DNA of 51,627 nt from Escherichia phage tonijn. Below are positions 1-9,638 of this stretch, piece by piece. The stretch lies in the sequence record NC_049818.1. One strand, given 5' to 3'. How positions within the stretch are numbered: position 1 is the stretch's first letter; every line of letters starts with the position of its first letter. The translations under genes and the position numbers were made by a program. Below the pieces are notes generated by a model, which saw nothing but the letters and a program-made list of their open reading frames with translations, did not search any database and had not been told where the DNA came from.

Positions 1-562
1 AACGACAGTTAACGAGGAAGACGGGTATTCCGACTACAAGGAAGGAGACGCCATCAACATTTTGACAAGAGGTGTTGTATGGTGTGTAACTCAAACAATT
101 GAATCTCCCCCTGAGCATGGGGATCTTGTTTATGTTAACAATGATGGTTTTGTAGCAAAGAGTGATGGCGATGAAATCGTCGATGGCTGGATTTTTACTG
201 GTGACTTCTACAAGTTTGATGAAACAATAAACATAGTCGGAGTCAGAATAACGCCGCTTTATCATAGAAAATATCTTCTCACTGGTGCGATCATTGAGGC
301 TGAAAATGGATACATAGAGGGAACAGAGACGATCAATAACGTTCAATTAAAGGTAACAGTTGTTCCGACTTGGGCTGATGACAAAACGGGTCAGTGGACA
401 ATTACAAATCCACAAGATCCAAGTGTTGCCAGTGTTAGCCGCACAGGTCTTGTTGTTCCTACTGGTGTAGGAGGCAGAGTTAACGTCAACTGGACTGCTA
501 ATGATGGTTCTGGAGTTGCTGACCAGTTTGATATTGTATTTACGAAAACCGCTGGCGAATAA
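1..562 (+). CDS. Structural (capsid decoration-like) protein with C-terminal Ig-like domain; 3' part of a gene that starts at 51407 across the window junction
   Basis: Frame is open from nt 2 to stop TAA 560-562; the last 2 nt of the window (ac) plus nt 1 complete a codon in the same frame as the ORF starting at ATG 51407; C-terminal 80 aa are Thr/Val/Gly-rich beta-strand pattern typical of Big_2-type Ig folds; paralogous to 50847..51356. Confidence 0.5.
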   Translation, partial: TTVNEEDGYSDYKEGDAINILTRGVVWCVTQTIESPPEHGDLVYVNNDGFVAKSDGDEIVDGWIFTGDFYKFDETINIVGVRITPLYHRKYLLTGAIIEAENGYIEGTETINNVQLKVTVVPTWADDKTGQWTITNPQDPSVASVSRTGLVVPTGVGGRVNVNWTANDGSGVADQFDIVFTKTAGE

Positions 563-582
563 CTAATAGCATAAAAAAACAT

Positions 583-640
583 TGCACGTTTAACAAAAAG
601 TGCTATCATCTAGGCCGTTACATTTAACGGCCTTTTTTAT
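583..640 (+). promoter_or_regulatory. Capsid gene upstream region: TTGCAC-N16-TGcTATCAT (the 20-bp element in reverse orientation supplies a TGn extended -10), then hairpin plus T-tract
   Basis: Element 589-606 read as TTTAACAAAAAGTGCTAT; hairpin ggccgttacatttaacggcc 613-632, T6 633-638; RBS GGAGG 641-645. Confidence 0.4.
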
Positions 641-652
641 GGAGGAAGCAAA

Positions 653-1624
653 ATGGCTAAAAAATATGATGAACTAGATGCTACGATTGTGGCGAATCAT
701 TTGCAGATTCAGGGTGTTAAGTCCGACGCTTCTGATATGGGTATTTGGACCGCTCAAGAGCTACACAAGATCCGCTCTACCGCATACGAGAAAGAGTATC
801 CGGCAGGTTCCGCGCTTCGCGTATTCCCTGTAACAAACGAGCTTTCTGATACTGACAAGACTTTCGAATATCAGACTTTTGATAAGGTTGGCTACGCGAA
901 AATTATCGCCGACTACACCGATGATCTGCCGACTGTGGACGCGTTGATGACTTCTGAGTTTGGCAAAGTGTTCCGCCTGGGTAACGCTTATCTGATCTCC
1001 ATTGATGAGATTAAAGCAGGTCAGCGAACTGGCAAGAGCCTGTCAACTCGCAAGGCTAACGCTGCGCAAAATGCACATGATCAGTTGATTAACTTCCTGG
1101 TGTTCAAAGGTTCCAAGCCTCACAAGATCGTTTCCGTTTTCGATCATCCTAACCTTACGAAAATTGTTTCTAAAGGCTGGATGAGCCAGGACGGCAATAC
1201 CAAGTTCCCGGAAGTGGCAAGCGATGAACTGGAGGCCGCAATCGAAACGATCGAGGAAGTAACCAAAGGTCAGCACCGCGCGACCAACATCCTGATCCCG
1301 CCGTCCATGCGTAAAGTCCTAACGGTTCGAATGGAAAATACCACTGAAAGTTATCTGGAATACTTCCAGAAGCAAAACGGCGGTATCACTATCGACTCTA
1401 TCGCAGAGCTTGAGGATATTGACGGCAAAGGTACGAAAGGTTGCTTGGTTTACGAAAAAGATCCAATGAACATGAGCATTGAGATTCCAGAAGCGTTTAA
1501 CATGCTTCCGGCGCAGCCAAAAGACCTGCATTTCAAAGTTCCTTGCACTTCCAAGTGTACTGGCCTTACGATTTATCGTCCGTTTACGATGGTGCTTATT
1601 ACTGGCTTGAAAAAGTCAGCTTAA
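653..1624 (+). CDS. Major capsid protein
   Basis: 323-aa ORF with GGAGG RBS (641-645), first large gene after the head morphogenesis genes and before head-tail joining genes; followed by hairpin plus T-tract terminator. Confidence 0.7.
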   Translation: MAKKYDELDATIVANHLQIQGVKSDASDMGIWTAQELHKIRSTAYEKEYPAGSALRVFPVTNELSDTDKTFEYQTFDKVGYAKIIADYTDDLPTVDALMTSEFGKVFRLGNAYLISIDEIKAGQRTGKSLSTRKANAAQNAHDQLINFLVFKGSKPHKIVSVFDHPNLTKIVSKGWMSQDGNTKFPEVASDELEAAIETIEEVTKGQHRATNILIPPSMRKVLTVRMENTTESYLEYFQKQNGGITIDSIAELEDIDGKGTKGCLVYEKDPMNMSIEIPEAFNMLPAQPKDLHFKVPCTSKCTGLTIYRPFTMVLITGLKKSA

Positions 1625-1635
1625 TCAGATAACAT

Positions 1636-1668
1636 GGGGAGCCTTAAGGGTTCCCCTTTTTTTTATTT
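1636..1668 (+). terminator. Rho-independent terminator after the capsid gene
   Basis: Hairpin ggggagccttaagggttcccc followed by T8. Confidence 0.65.
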
Positions 1669-1682
1669 ATGGAGTACACAAA

Positions 1683-1949
1683 ATGAGCAAAACTTTAAAA
1701 CTTAAAGTAACTGGCATTTGCATGATTATTATGGACGGTAAGCGTTATCATCCTGGTGATGAAATTGAAATTGAATCTGAACGCATTAATGATTCCGCAA
1801 TTGAATACCTGATCGCTCGCGGTGATGTGGAAGTTAAAGACAATTCCGAAATTAACGAGCAAATCAAGGCGAAAGCGGAGAAGAAGCGCAAAAAAGATCC
1901 TACCGAGGGCAAGAGCCGCAAAGAGCTAGAGGACGGCGGCGAATATTAA
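1683..1949 (+). CDS. Hypothetical protein, Lys/Glu-rich C-terminus
   Basis: 88-aa ORF between capsid gene and head-tail joining genes; followed by GC hairpin 1955-1971. Confidence 0.5.
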   Translation: MSKTLKLKVTGICMIIMDGKRYHPGDEIEIESERINDSAIEYLIARGDVEVKDNSEINEQIKAKAEKKRKKDPTEGKSRKELEDGGEY

Positions 1950-1995
1950 TAATTGGGGCGCTTATGCGCCCTTTGTCACATCTGGAGAAAACAAA

Positions 1996-2415
1996 ATGGT
2001 AGATGAATTTTACACAGACGCTGAAATCATGCAGCAAATCGTAAAGTTAGCGCCGCCAATGCAACAAGTTGATCCCGATTTAATTGTGGCATGGATTGAG
2101 CTTGCTAAAGAGTTTGTTTGCAAAAAACGGTTTAAAAACTCATACCCTAAAGCGGTTGCGCTTTACACTCTTCACCTTATGACCTTAGACGGGGCAATGA
2201 AGCAGGAAGGTGAAAGCGTAGAAAGCTACTCCCGCCGCGTTGCCTCGTTCACTCTGACTGGTGAGTTTAGTCAGACGTTTGATCGAATCTCTTCCGATAC
2301 AAGCGGAAAGCAGATCCGACAAACGCCGTGGGGCAAAATGTACGAAGTGTTAAACCGTAAGCACGGTGGCGGCTTTGGCCTTGTGACTGGATTGCGCCGG
2401 AGATGCTGCCGATGA
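1996..2415 (+). CDS. Head-tail adaptor/connector protein (putative)
   Basis: 139-aa ORF, position between capsid and tail genes; overlaps the next gene start. Confidence 0.5.
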   Translation: MVDEFYTDAEIMQQIVKLAPPMQQVDPDLIVAWIELAKEFVCKKRFKNSYPKAVALYTLHLMTLDGAMKQEGESVESYSRRVASFTLTGEFSQTFDRISSDTSGKQIRQTPWGKMYEVLNRKHGGGFGLVTGLRRRCCR

Positions 2416-2783
2416 ACTACAATGAGATTGCAAGAATGGCTACGGCTGGGATTAACTTTTTCAGCGACGCTAACGGTATGTTTAAGTGCATCACGCAGCA
2501 GGGAGGGGTTGAGATTATCGGCGGAGAGGAAGTTACCAAGCCGGAGATTTCAGTGATGATAAAGGGGCTTGTTAGATCTCCGAGGACTAGAGAGGTTGAC
2601 GGTGAAACAATCCGAGTAACCGACAAGTTGGGGATATTCACCAATGAAACTGAGATCAAAAATGGTTATCAGATTGAAATTGATGGCGAACGTTATGTTG
2701 TCGTTGAAGCAAGACCAGTCAGGCAGACTAACATCACGGCGGCTTATCGTCCGATATTAAGGAGGATTGCTGTGCATGGCTGA
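2412..2783 (+). CDS. Head-tail joining protein (putative head closure)
   Basis: ATG at 2412 preceded by GGAG; 123 aa; synteny. Confidence 0.5.
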   Translation: MNYNEIARMATAGINFFSDANGMFKCITQQGGVEIIGGEEVTKPEISVMIKGLVRSPRTREVDGETIRVTDKLGIFTNETEIKNGYQIEIDGERYVVVEARPVRQTNITAAYRPILRRIAVHG

Positions 2784-3219
2784 TAACTATAAGATCAGGG
2801 AATTTCACGGTGATATAAGCAGGTGGATTGATTCAGTAAGCAGCGGCCTTGTTGATTGCGTTGAAATGTTCGCGACAAACGTCCACGAGGATCTTGTAAA
2901 TCGCTCGCCAGTTGATACGGGCCGATATAAAGCCAACTGGCAGATAACATCAAACAAGCCGCCGCTATATGCGCTCAACCAATACGATCGCGATGGTAGT
3001 AAAACCATTGCAGAAGGTAAGCGAGCAATATATGCAATTATGCGTGGCGGTGGCGCTGTGCGGTCAATCTATTTTTCAAACATGCTCATTTACGCAAACG
3101 CGCTTGAATACGGGCATTCAAAACAAGCGCCGTCCGGCGTACTTGGAATCGTGGCGGTAAAGCTGCGATCTTATATGGCTAAGGCAATAAAGGATTCGAG
3201 GGCAAAAAATGCACTATGA
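2776..3219 (+). CDS. HK97 gp10-like neck/tail completion protein
   Basis: ATG 2776 ten nt after GGAGG 2761-2765; motifs TGRYKANW and YANALEYG resemble the HK97 gp10 family. Confidence 0.55.
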   Translation: MADNYKIREFHGDISRWIDSVSSGLVDCVEMFATNVHEDLVNRSPVDTGRYKANWQITSNKPPLYALNQYDRDGSKTIAEGKRAIYAIMRGGGAVRSIYFSNMLIYANALEYGHSKQAPSGVLGIVAVKLRSYMAKAIKDSRAKNAL

Positions 3220-3610
3220 TTTAATGTTGGCGGCAAGAAAGGCGCTGGCGGCTGAATATGAATCACGATTTAAGATAGCCTATGAAAACGTTGATTTTGT
3301 GCCGCCTGGAGATGGTTCTATGTGGTTAAAATTTAACTACATGGAAGCGGACACGGATCGCATATCTCTTGATAGAAAATGTGTTTCTTACATCGGTTTG
3401 GTTCAGGTTGGAATTGTTATTCCTCCTGGTGGTGGCACTGATAAAGCGCGTTTGCTGGCTAAAGAGATTGCGAGATTTTTCTATGATGGTAGAATGTTTG
3501 AAACTGGCTATATTAGCGAGGGAGCAAACGTCCACGCATTACTAAAAAGTGAAACAGGTTGGTTCTTGCCGATCCGTTTCAGTGTTAGGCTTGACACAAA
3601 GGAGGAATAA
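3209..3610 (+). CDS. Tail terminator / tail completion protein (putative)
   Basis: 133-aa ORF immediately upstream of the major tail gene. Confidence 0.45.
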   Translation: MHYDLMLAARKALAAEYESRFKIAYENVDFVPPGDGSMWLKFNYMEADTDRISLDRKCVSYIGLVQVGIVIPPGGGTDKARLLAKEIARFFYDGRMFETGYISEGANVHALLKSETGWFLPIRFSVRLDTKEE

Positions 3611-3612
3611 TC

Positions 3613-4275
3613 ATGCACTTGCCTAATGGTTCTCAAATTTTCATCGGCGTTAATATGGGCGATCCGATTCAGGCTACGGCTATCACTAACGCTAAGGAGC
3701 CTGTATTTACAGCGAGCGACACAAAAAATATCAAGAAGGGTGCTTATGTTCTGATTGAAACGTCTTCGTGGGGTAAGTTGGTTAGCCGCGTGTTGCGCGT
3801 TAAGGCTGTTACCGATAATGAAAGTGTCACCCTTGAGGGTGTTGATACTACTGATACTAACGTATTTCCTGTTGGCGAAAATACAGCAACCTTCCGAGAA
3901 GTAAAATCATGGGTAGAGATTCCTTGCGTACAGGATCTTGCGCAGGACGGCGGCGAGCAACAGTATTACACTTATCAGTGTTTGGCTGATGACCAGGAGC
4001 AGCAGTTACCGACCTATAAGAGCGCCGTTTCTCTTACCTACACTTTCGCGCATGAATATGATAACCCTATTTATCCGATCTTGCGCGAGGCTGAGGAATC
4101 CGGCGACGTAACCGCTTTGCGTATGTACGTGCCGAAAGCTAAAGAGATGCGTTGCTGGGCTGGCGTATTGTCTTTTAATGACATTCCGCAAACCACTATG
4201 AACGAAATGGAAACTGTTTCCCTTTCCGTATCTCTGAAAGGTCGATTTACGTTCTTATCTTCCGACATCAATTAA
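3613..4275 (+). CDS. Major tail protein
   Basis: 220-aa ORF directly upstream of the chaperone G/GT and tape measure genes (lambda V-G-T-H order); strong terminator 4281-4301 follows. Confidence 0.65.
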   Translation: MHLPNGSQIFIGVNMGDPIQATAITNAKEPVFTASDTKNIKKGAYVLIETSSWGKLVSRVLRVKAVTDNESVTLEGVDTTDTNVFPVGENTATFREVKSWVEIPCVQDLAQDGGEQQYYTYQCLADDQEQQLPTYKSAVSLTYTFAHEYDNPIYPILREAEESGDVTALRMYVPKAKEMRCWAGVLSFNDIPQTTMNEMETVSLSVSLKGRFTFLSSDIN

Positions 4276-4280
4276 AACAA

Positions 4281-4302
4281 GGGGCGTTGCGCCCCTTTTT
4301 TC
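4281..4302 (+). terminator. Rho-independent terminator after the major tail gene
   Basis: Hairpin ggggcgttgcgcccc followed by T6. Confidence 0.7.
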
Positions 4303-4374
4303 ATTCCTGTAAAATCAATCTATCAAATAAATCAATTCCACTTTTAACAAAAAGTGCTATAAGGAGATCTTGAG

Positions 4375-4692
4375 ATGGCAAAGATGAAACTAACGTTAGG
4401 CCCACTGCCTGATTTTAAGCTACCTGTTTCTTTCGTGCTTCCAAATGGTGATGAGCAAGTTATTGTTTTTACCGTGCGCCACAAGAAGGCAAGCGAAATT
4501 CACGAACGATACACGGCAGAAAAGCCGATGAGCGACGTAGAAATGATCACCTTTCTTGCTTCCGGTTGGGATCTGGAAGATGAATTTAACGAGGAAAACG
4601 TTGCTAAATTGCTGGATTATTACCCTTCTGCGTCATTATCGCTGACTGGTCATTATATGAAAGCACTTGCGGGGCAGCGGGTAAAAAACTAA
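4375..4692 (+). CDS. Tail assembly chaperone (gpG-like)
   Basis: 105-aa ORF with AAGGAG RBS 4361-4366; located between major tail and tape measure genes; ends in slippery heptamer. Confidence 0.65.
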   Translation: MAKMKLTLGPLPDFKLPVSFVLPNGDEQVIVFTVRHKKASEIHERYTAEKPMSDVEMITFLASGWDLEDEFNEENVAKLLDYYPSASLSLTGHYMKALAGQRVKN

Positions 4693-5009
4693 AGCGGGCG
4701 GTTTACCTGTTTTACCTCAAGCCGCCAACTGACGCACAATTAGAGGCCGTCGGCCTATCCCGTTCAGACTACGAAGGGGAGGATCCGCCGGAGGTAATTT
4801 TTGATGAATCAATGTTTCAATCTTGGGATCTGTTTTGCGCTATGCAGACGCAATGGAGATCGACTAGCGGCAGCGTGTATGGGTTCGACTATAACGTTTT
4901 GCCTATGCTTTTTGACATTTACAAGATTGAGGATCGGGAGATGGCGCTAAATGATTTGCGCATCATGGAACAAAAGGCGCTAGAAATGATTCATTCAAAC
5001 AAAACATAA
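4375..5009 (+). CDS. Tail assembly chaperone GT-like fusion made by programmed -1 frameshift
   Basis: Slippery heptamer A_AAA_AAC at 4683-4689 just before the G stop; the -1 frame is open from 4683 to stop 5007-5009 and coincides with track ORF 4812..5009. Confidence 0.55.
4683..4689 (+). other. Programmed -1 ribosomal frameshift slippery site (A AAA AAC)
   Basis: Canonical X_XXY_YYZ heptamer 3 nt before the G stop codon; position conserved in lambda-like G/GT. Confidence 0.55.
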
Positions 5010-5030
5010 GCGCCGAAAGGCGCTTTTTTA
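5009..5030 (+). terminator. Hairpin plus T-tract between GT and the tape measure gene (possible attenuator)
   Basis: agcgccgaaaggcgct followed by T6; tape measure RBS follows. Confidence 0.5.
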
Positions 5031-5048
5031 ATATCTGGAGGTTTTAAA

Positions 5049-7730
5049 ATGGCTGAGAAATACGCTGGCCTAACGCTAGGCGTTGACGTGTCGCAGGTCA
5101 ATAATGCTGTTAAATCATTGCAGCAATTCAAGAAGGCAAACGACGACGCAAAAAAAAGCGTTAATGAATTTGTTGATTCTGAGGTTGTGGCGCGACAGCA
5201 AGCTAAACAGTTTGCCGAAGAATTGGCGCGCCAGAAAGCAGAATTTAAGAAAATCCAGGAGTCAATTGATCCCACCGCATCAAAGATGGATAAGCTGCGA
5301 AAGGCAGCGACACAGCTTGATGCGCTATGGAAAAAGGGCATTGTTCCTGATGAGACTTTTTTTGAGCTTGGGGCAATTCTTGAGACACAGCAAAACAAGC
5401 TGATCGCAACCAAAAAAGCGATGACAGAGGAAGGCCGCGCGGCGCTTGAGGAATCAAAGAACAAAGCGCGTGCAGCGGAAGAGGCTAAAAAATTCATCCA
5501 GGCTTTGCGTGAGCAGGAAGAAGCAGCCGGAAAAAGCAAGTCTGAATTGCTGGAAATGAAAGCGGCACAGCTTGGAGTTAGCCAGGAGGCAGCACCTTAC
5601 ATCGCAAGACTGAAAGAGCAGGAAAAGCAGATCCAAAAACTTGGGATTTCTACAGGCCAATACAATCAAGCAATGAAGCTATTGCCAATGCAGATCACAG
5701 ACGTGGTGACTTCACTTGCTTCTGGTATGCCTGTTTGGCTGGTTGCAATCCAGCAGGGCGGACAGATTAAGGATTCTTTTGGTGGCGCATCCAATGCTTT
5801 AAAAGCGTTGCTATCTTTCCTTAATCCGGTAAACGTTGCGTTTGGCTTGCTTTCCGGCACGCTGGCAATTGCTGCATATAATGCCTACAAAACACAGACA
5901 GAGTTTGAGGCAATTAAAAAAACCGTTCAGGAAACAACTGGCTTGACTGGTGATTTTGCCGAAAAGATTGCTACCGGAATCCAGGAGCTTTCCGACAAGA
6001 CAGGAGAAAGCGCCGAAGATCTGGCAAAGGCTTACATCACCACGAAAGACGGCGCGAGCGAGGCGATTAAAAAACTGGTTGACGTTGGCATGACTTATGA
6101 TGACGCAAAAAAGAAAGTCAACGAGTACAAAGGCGCATCTAGCTTTGTTGGCCTGAATAACGACATTGCAAACCACAAAAATAAAATCCTTGAGTTGGGC
6201 GAGTCGTGGTATGAAGTTTTGAAAGCGAAGCGTGATTACGCTTCCCCGTCCGGCGGCCTGTTAGGTAAAGAGCTTGGCTATGTTAATCCTATGCTTAAGT
6301 TTGCACTTAACACTTATGAAGACATTGGAAAGGTCGTAAAAGATGCTAATAAGGACATGGCTGAACGAGCGGAGCGCATCGACAAAGAAAACCTGGCCTT
6401 GAACAGAGTGAGAGCAGCACAGGAGGCTTTAAACAAAGCCATTGAAGATCAGAAGGGCGTGGCGCGTTCGGCTGATGAAGAACTGAAAAAGCGTGCGGCT
6501 GAAAACGTGGAGTTCAGACGCAAAGAGCTTGAGGAGATCAAGAAGCAGGAGCAGAAAAAGAAAGAGGCTAAAGGCGGAATAGTTCGCGGCCCGACTGAGC
6601 AGCTTGATAAAGAGTTGTACGTTTTAAAAGCGCAACTGGAAACTCTTAAAGAGCATCGCACTGTTAATGATGTTATTTCTCGCCAGCGTAAATCTTTATG
6701 GAGCATCGAAAAGCAGATCGAGATCCTGGAGGATGCGCAGAGCAAGCGTAAATTGACCGGAGCGGAACAGGCGCTACTAAACGAGCAAAAATCCGTTTTG
6801 GAAATGGCAAGGCAAAAGGCTGAATTAGGGGATCAGATTGTTTTGCAGGAGCGCAAAAACAAGCTGGAGCAAGATAGCATTAAGTTTATCCGTGAAACGC
6901 AGGCGGCTATTGATGTGCTTGGCCTTAAGCAACTTGGCTACACTGAAAAGCAGATCGAGCGTGAGCTAGAGTTACGCAAGCTGCGCACCGACTACGAGGC
7001 GCAAGGAGGAAGCGTTAGCGATGAAGTTTTTCAGCAAATGGAGGCGAAACTTAAGCAGTATTATCAGACACAGGATGAGGTTCAAGGCAACTGGTTGGCA
7101 GGAGCAAAAAACGCATGGGAGCTATTCGCGGAAGATGCAAACAATGCCTATGGCAATGTTCAGCAGATCGCAAGCGAGGCGTTAAACGGCCTTACAAACC
7201 AATTAGCGAATTTTATCGCTACTGGCAAGGCAAACTTTAAAGACTTCTCGACTGCTATCATCAAAATGATTATTCAGATGATCACGAAAATGGTTGTCTT
7301 TAATGCGTTATCTGGCCTGATGGGTGGTCAAACCTGGACGATGGGGAGCTTGCTTAAGAATATTGGCGGATTTGCTGGCGGTGGATACACTGGCGACGGC
7401 GGGAAGTATGAGCCAGCCGGAATTGTTCATAAGGGTGAATTTGTCATGACTAAGGAGGCAACGCAGCGTATCGGAGTAGGCAACTTGTACCGCATGATGC
7501 GAGGCTATGCTAACGGCGGCGTTGTTGGTGGTTCCGGCTATACTGGCGGTGGCACTGTCACTGGTGGAGCACCTCAATTTAACATCGGTGGGATTGATGT
7601 TAGCATCAATAACGGCAATGATCCGAAGGGTATCGAAACTGGTGTTAAGATGATCTTTACTGATATGATTAGACGTTCCTGTATGCAGGGCGGGGAGGTT
7701 TACGAATTTGTTATGAGCAAGCGAGGTTGA
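5049..7730 (+). CDS. Tail tape measure protein
   Basis: 893-aa ORF, Ala/Lys/Glu-rich coiled-coil sequence with Gly-rich C-terminal region; follows G/GT. Confidence 0.8.
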   Translation: MAEKYAGLTLGVDVSQVNNAVKSLQQFKKANDDAKKSVNEFVDSEVVARQQAKQFAEELARQKAEFKKIQESIDPTASKMDKLRKAATQLDALWKKGIVPDETFFELGAILETQQNKLIATKKAMTEEGRAALEESKNKARAAEEAKKFIQALREQEEAAGKSKSELLEMKAAQLGVSQEAAPYIARLKEQEKQIQKLGISTGQYNQAMKLLPMQITDVVTSLASGMPVWLVAIQQGGQIKDSFGGASNALKALLSFLNPVNVAFGLLSGTLAIAAYNAYKTQTEFEAIKKTVQETTGLTGDFAEKIATGIQELSDKTGESAEDLAKAYITTKDGASEAIKKLVDVGMTYDDAKKKVNEYKGASSFVGLNNDIANHKNKILELGESWYEVLKAKRDYASPSGGLLGKELGYVNPMLKFALNTYEDIGKVVKDANKDMAERAERIDKENLALNRVRAAQEALNKAIEDQKGVARSADEELKKRAAENVEFRRKELEEIKKQEQKKKEAKGGIVRGPTEQLDKELYVLKAQLETLKEHRTVNDVISRQRKSLWSIEKQIEILEDAQSKRKLTGAEQALLNEQKSVLEMARQKAELGDQIVLQERKNKLEQDSIKFIRETQAAIDVLGLKQLGYTEKQIERELELRKLRTDYEAQGGSVSDEVFQQMEAKLKQYYQTQDEVQGNWLAGAKNAWELFAEDANNAYGNVQQIASEALNGLTNQLANFIATGKANFKDFSTAIIKMIIQMITKMVVFNALSGLMGGQTWTMGSLLKNIGGFAGGGYTGDGGKYEPAGIVHKGEFVMTKEATQRIGVGNLYRMMRGYANGGVVGGSGYTGGGTVTGGAPQFNIGGIDVSINNGNDPKGIETGVKMIFTDMIRRSCMQGGEVYEFVMSKRG

Positions 7731-7732
7731 TA

Positions 7733-8083
7733 ATGAAGCTGGATCAGTTTAAGTGGTGTACGCAGGTTCAGAACGGCGGCGGGGCAATGACGTCATCGAA
7801 TAACGATCGAGAGATTGCATTCGGTAACGGATACACACAGGTAGCATCTGGAGGTTTTAACACAATCCGGCGAGAGTTTAGCATTGTTTACGCTGGGCTT
7901 GATTACAGAGATGTTGTCAAGTTCCTGAATGAGCACAGGCTAAAGCCTTTCTTGTGGATCATGCCTGATGGAAGCCCTGGATTGTTCAGGGTGAAAAGCG
8001 GCAGCGTCGGCCTTACTCCACTGTCGCCAACCGTTCAGGAAGTAAAAGCCACTTTTACGGAGCAATTTACATCAATGCAATAA
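7733..8083 (+). CDS. Minor tail protein (lambda gpM-like)
   Basis: ATG 7733; 116 aa; first of the M-L-K-I-J order after the tape measure gene. Confidence 0.6.
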   Translation: MKLDQFKWCTQVQNGGGAMTSSNNDREIAFGNGYTQVASGGFNTIRREFSIVYAGLDYRDVVKFLNEHRLKPFLWIMPDGSPGLFRVKSGSVGLTPLSPTVQEVKATFTEQFTSMQ

Positions 8084-8087
8084 TTTA

Positions 8088-8112
8088 AAGCCGCCTTTGT
8101 GCGGCTTTTTTC
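8088..8112 (+). terminator. Rho-independent terminator after the gpM-like gene
   Basis: Hairpin aagccgcctttgtgcggctt followed by T6. Confidence 0.55.
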
Positions 8113-8145
8113 TTGATGTTACAATGAGCAAAAAGGAGGTAGAAA

Positions 8146-8907
8146 ATGGCTAATAAAGAATCAGGTAGAGTTGAATTTGAGAACTGCCTACAAAGTTTAT
8201 ACCCAGGCGAAATTATAACGCTCGTAGAGATTGATGGGACGAAGTTCGGAGCAAATATTTACCGATTTCACAATGAGAACATCTCTTATACTGCCGAAGA
8301 ATTAATGCAAGCGCAGCAAACTGGAATCTTGCCGCCGAAAGATATTATTTTTCAGGGTGAGGTTTACGGAGCGCGACCTTTCGGTGTGAGCGGGATTAAC
8401 TTCACAAGTAACGGCAGGGCAGATAAGCCTCAGCTTATAGTGTCAAACCTTGACAGCAGGGTTAGCGCCATGATCAGAAACTACAATGGCATGATGCAAG
8501 CAAAGGTGACTTTCTGGATTACGGCAAAGGAATTTATAGGAGAAGGCGGAGCAATCAAAGATGGCGCTTACAGAAAATTGGTTTATTACATTGAGCGCCC
8601 AAGCCAGTATAATAGAGAGGTGGCGAAATTTGATCTGACGTCGCCTTACGATATGGATGGACTGATGATCCCGCCGCGCATCACTCAAAGTGTTTGCTAT
8701 TGGGCGCAAAGGGGGTGGTACAGGAGCGGAAAGGGTTGCTCTTATAACGGATCGGCAATGTTCGATAAAGACAATAAGCCAGTAACAGATCCATCACAAG
8801 ACTATTGCGCCGGAACTGTAACGGCTTGCAAATTGAGATTCGGTCAGCAAAACGAGTTGGATTTCGGCGGTTGCGCGGTGGCGTCACTGCTACGGAGGAA
8901 TCAATAA
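8146..8907 (+). CDS. Minor tail protein (lambda gpL-like)
   Basis: 253 aa with a C-terminal Cys cluster (CYWAQ...GCSYNG...YCAG...CKL...GGCAV) consistent with the gpL Fe-S motif. Confidence 0.65.
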   Translation: MANKESGRVEFENCLQSLYPGEIITLVEIDGTKFGANIYRFHNENISYTAEELMQAQQTGILPPKDIIFQGEVYGARPFGVSGINFTSNGRADKPQLIVSNLDSRVSAMIRNYNGMMQAKVTFWITAKEFIGEGGAIKDGAYRKLVYYIERPSQYNREVAKFDLTSPYDMDGLMIPPRITQSVCYWAQRGWYRSGKGCSYNGSAMFDKDNKPVTDPSQDYCAGTVTACKLRFGQQNELDFGGCAVASLLRRNQ

Positions 8908-9638
8908 TGATTAGTGCAAAAATTAAACTTGAAATAATGCAGCACGTTAAAGAGGAATACCCTAAAGAGGCTTGCGGCGTCATAACTCAAAAGTCACGGG
9001 TACAGAAATATCACCGCATAACCAACGTGCATGACGATCCAGAAAATCATTTTGAAATGGACGCCGTAGAATACGCTGAATCGCTCGACAAAGGCGAATT
9101 AATCGCGGTGGTACATTCCCATTGCGGGGATGGTGCTAGTACGATACCGAGCGCGCACGACTCATGTATGTGCGATGAAATGGGTGTGTCGTGGATTATA
9201 GTGTCATGGCCCGAAGGTGATATGAGAATTGTAGAGCCGCAGGAGAGGCCGCTTATCGGTCGCCCGTGGTCGCTTGGGTCGTTCGATTGCTGGGGTCTTA
9301 TCATGGCGTGGCATAAACAGCACGGAGTAGTATTGAATGACTTCCGAAAGCCTTACGAGTGGTGGAAGTCAGAATATGGTGAAAATCTTTACCAGGATAA
9401 TTATTTAAAAGAGGGATTTATTGAAACTAACGAGCCTCCAAAGCCTGGTGATATGGTGATTATGCAGCTATCATCGCCAGTCTGGAATCATGCGGGGATT
9501 TATTTGGGTAACAATCAGCTATTACATCATGCGTTTGGAAAGCTATCTCGCATTGACTTGTATTCTGGATGGTATCAGGAGCACACTGTAAAAATTTGCC
9601 GACATAAGGATCTGAAATATGACATTGAAAGTAATTAA
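8907..9638 (+). CDS. Tail assembly protein (lambda gpK-like; JAB/MPN plus NlpC/P60 domains)
   Basis: ATG 8907 overlaps the L stop (TAATG); EACGVI...HSH...SAHD metal-site pattern and DCWGL Cys followed by His. Confidence 0.65.
   Translation: MISAKIKLEIMQHVKEEYPKEACGVITQKSRVQKYHRITNVHDDPENHFEMDAVEYAESLDKGELIAVVHSHCGDGASTIPSAHDSCMCDEMGVSWIIVSWPEGDMRIVEPQERPLIGRPWSLGSFDCWGLIMAWHKQHGVVLNDFRKPYEWWKSEYGENLYQDNYLKEGFIETNEPPKPGDMVIMQLSSPVWNHAGIYLGNNQLLHHAFGKLSRIDLYSGWYQEHTVKICRHKDLKYDIESN

Noticed and set aside
4999-5030. Reading 5009-5030 as a full-stop terminator ending the tail operon
   Set aside because: The tape measure gene follows immediately with its own RBS and no intervening promoter was recognised, so read-through or attenuation is more plausible than full termination.
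5083-7577. Several 64-182 aa ORFs on both strands inside the tape measure gene
   Set aside because: Shadow ORFs in alternative frames of a long coding region, without RBS and with Cys/Ser/Arg-rich low-complexity products.
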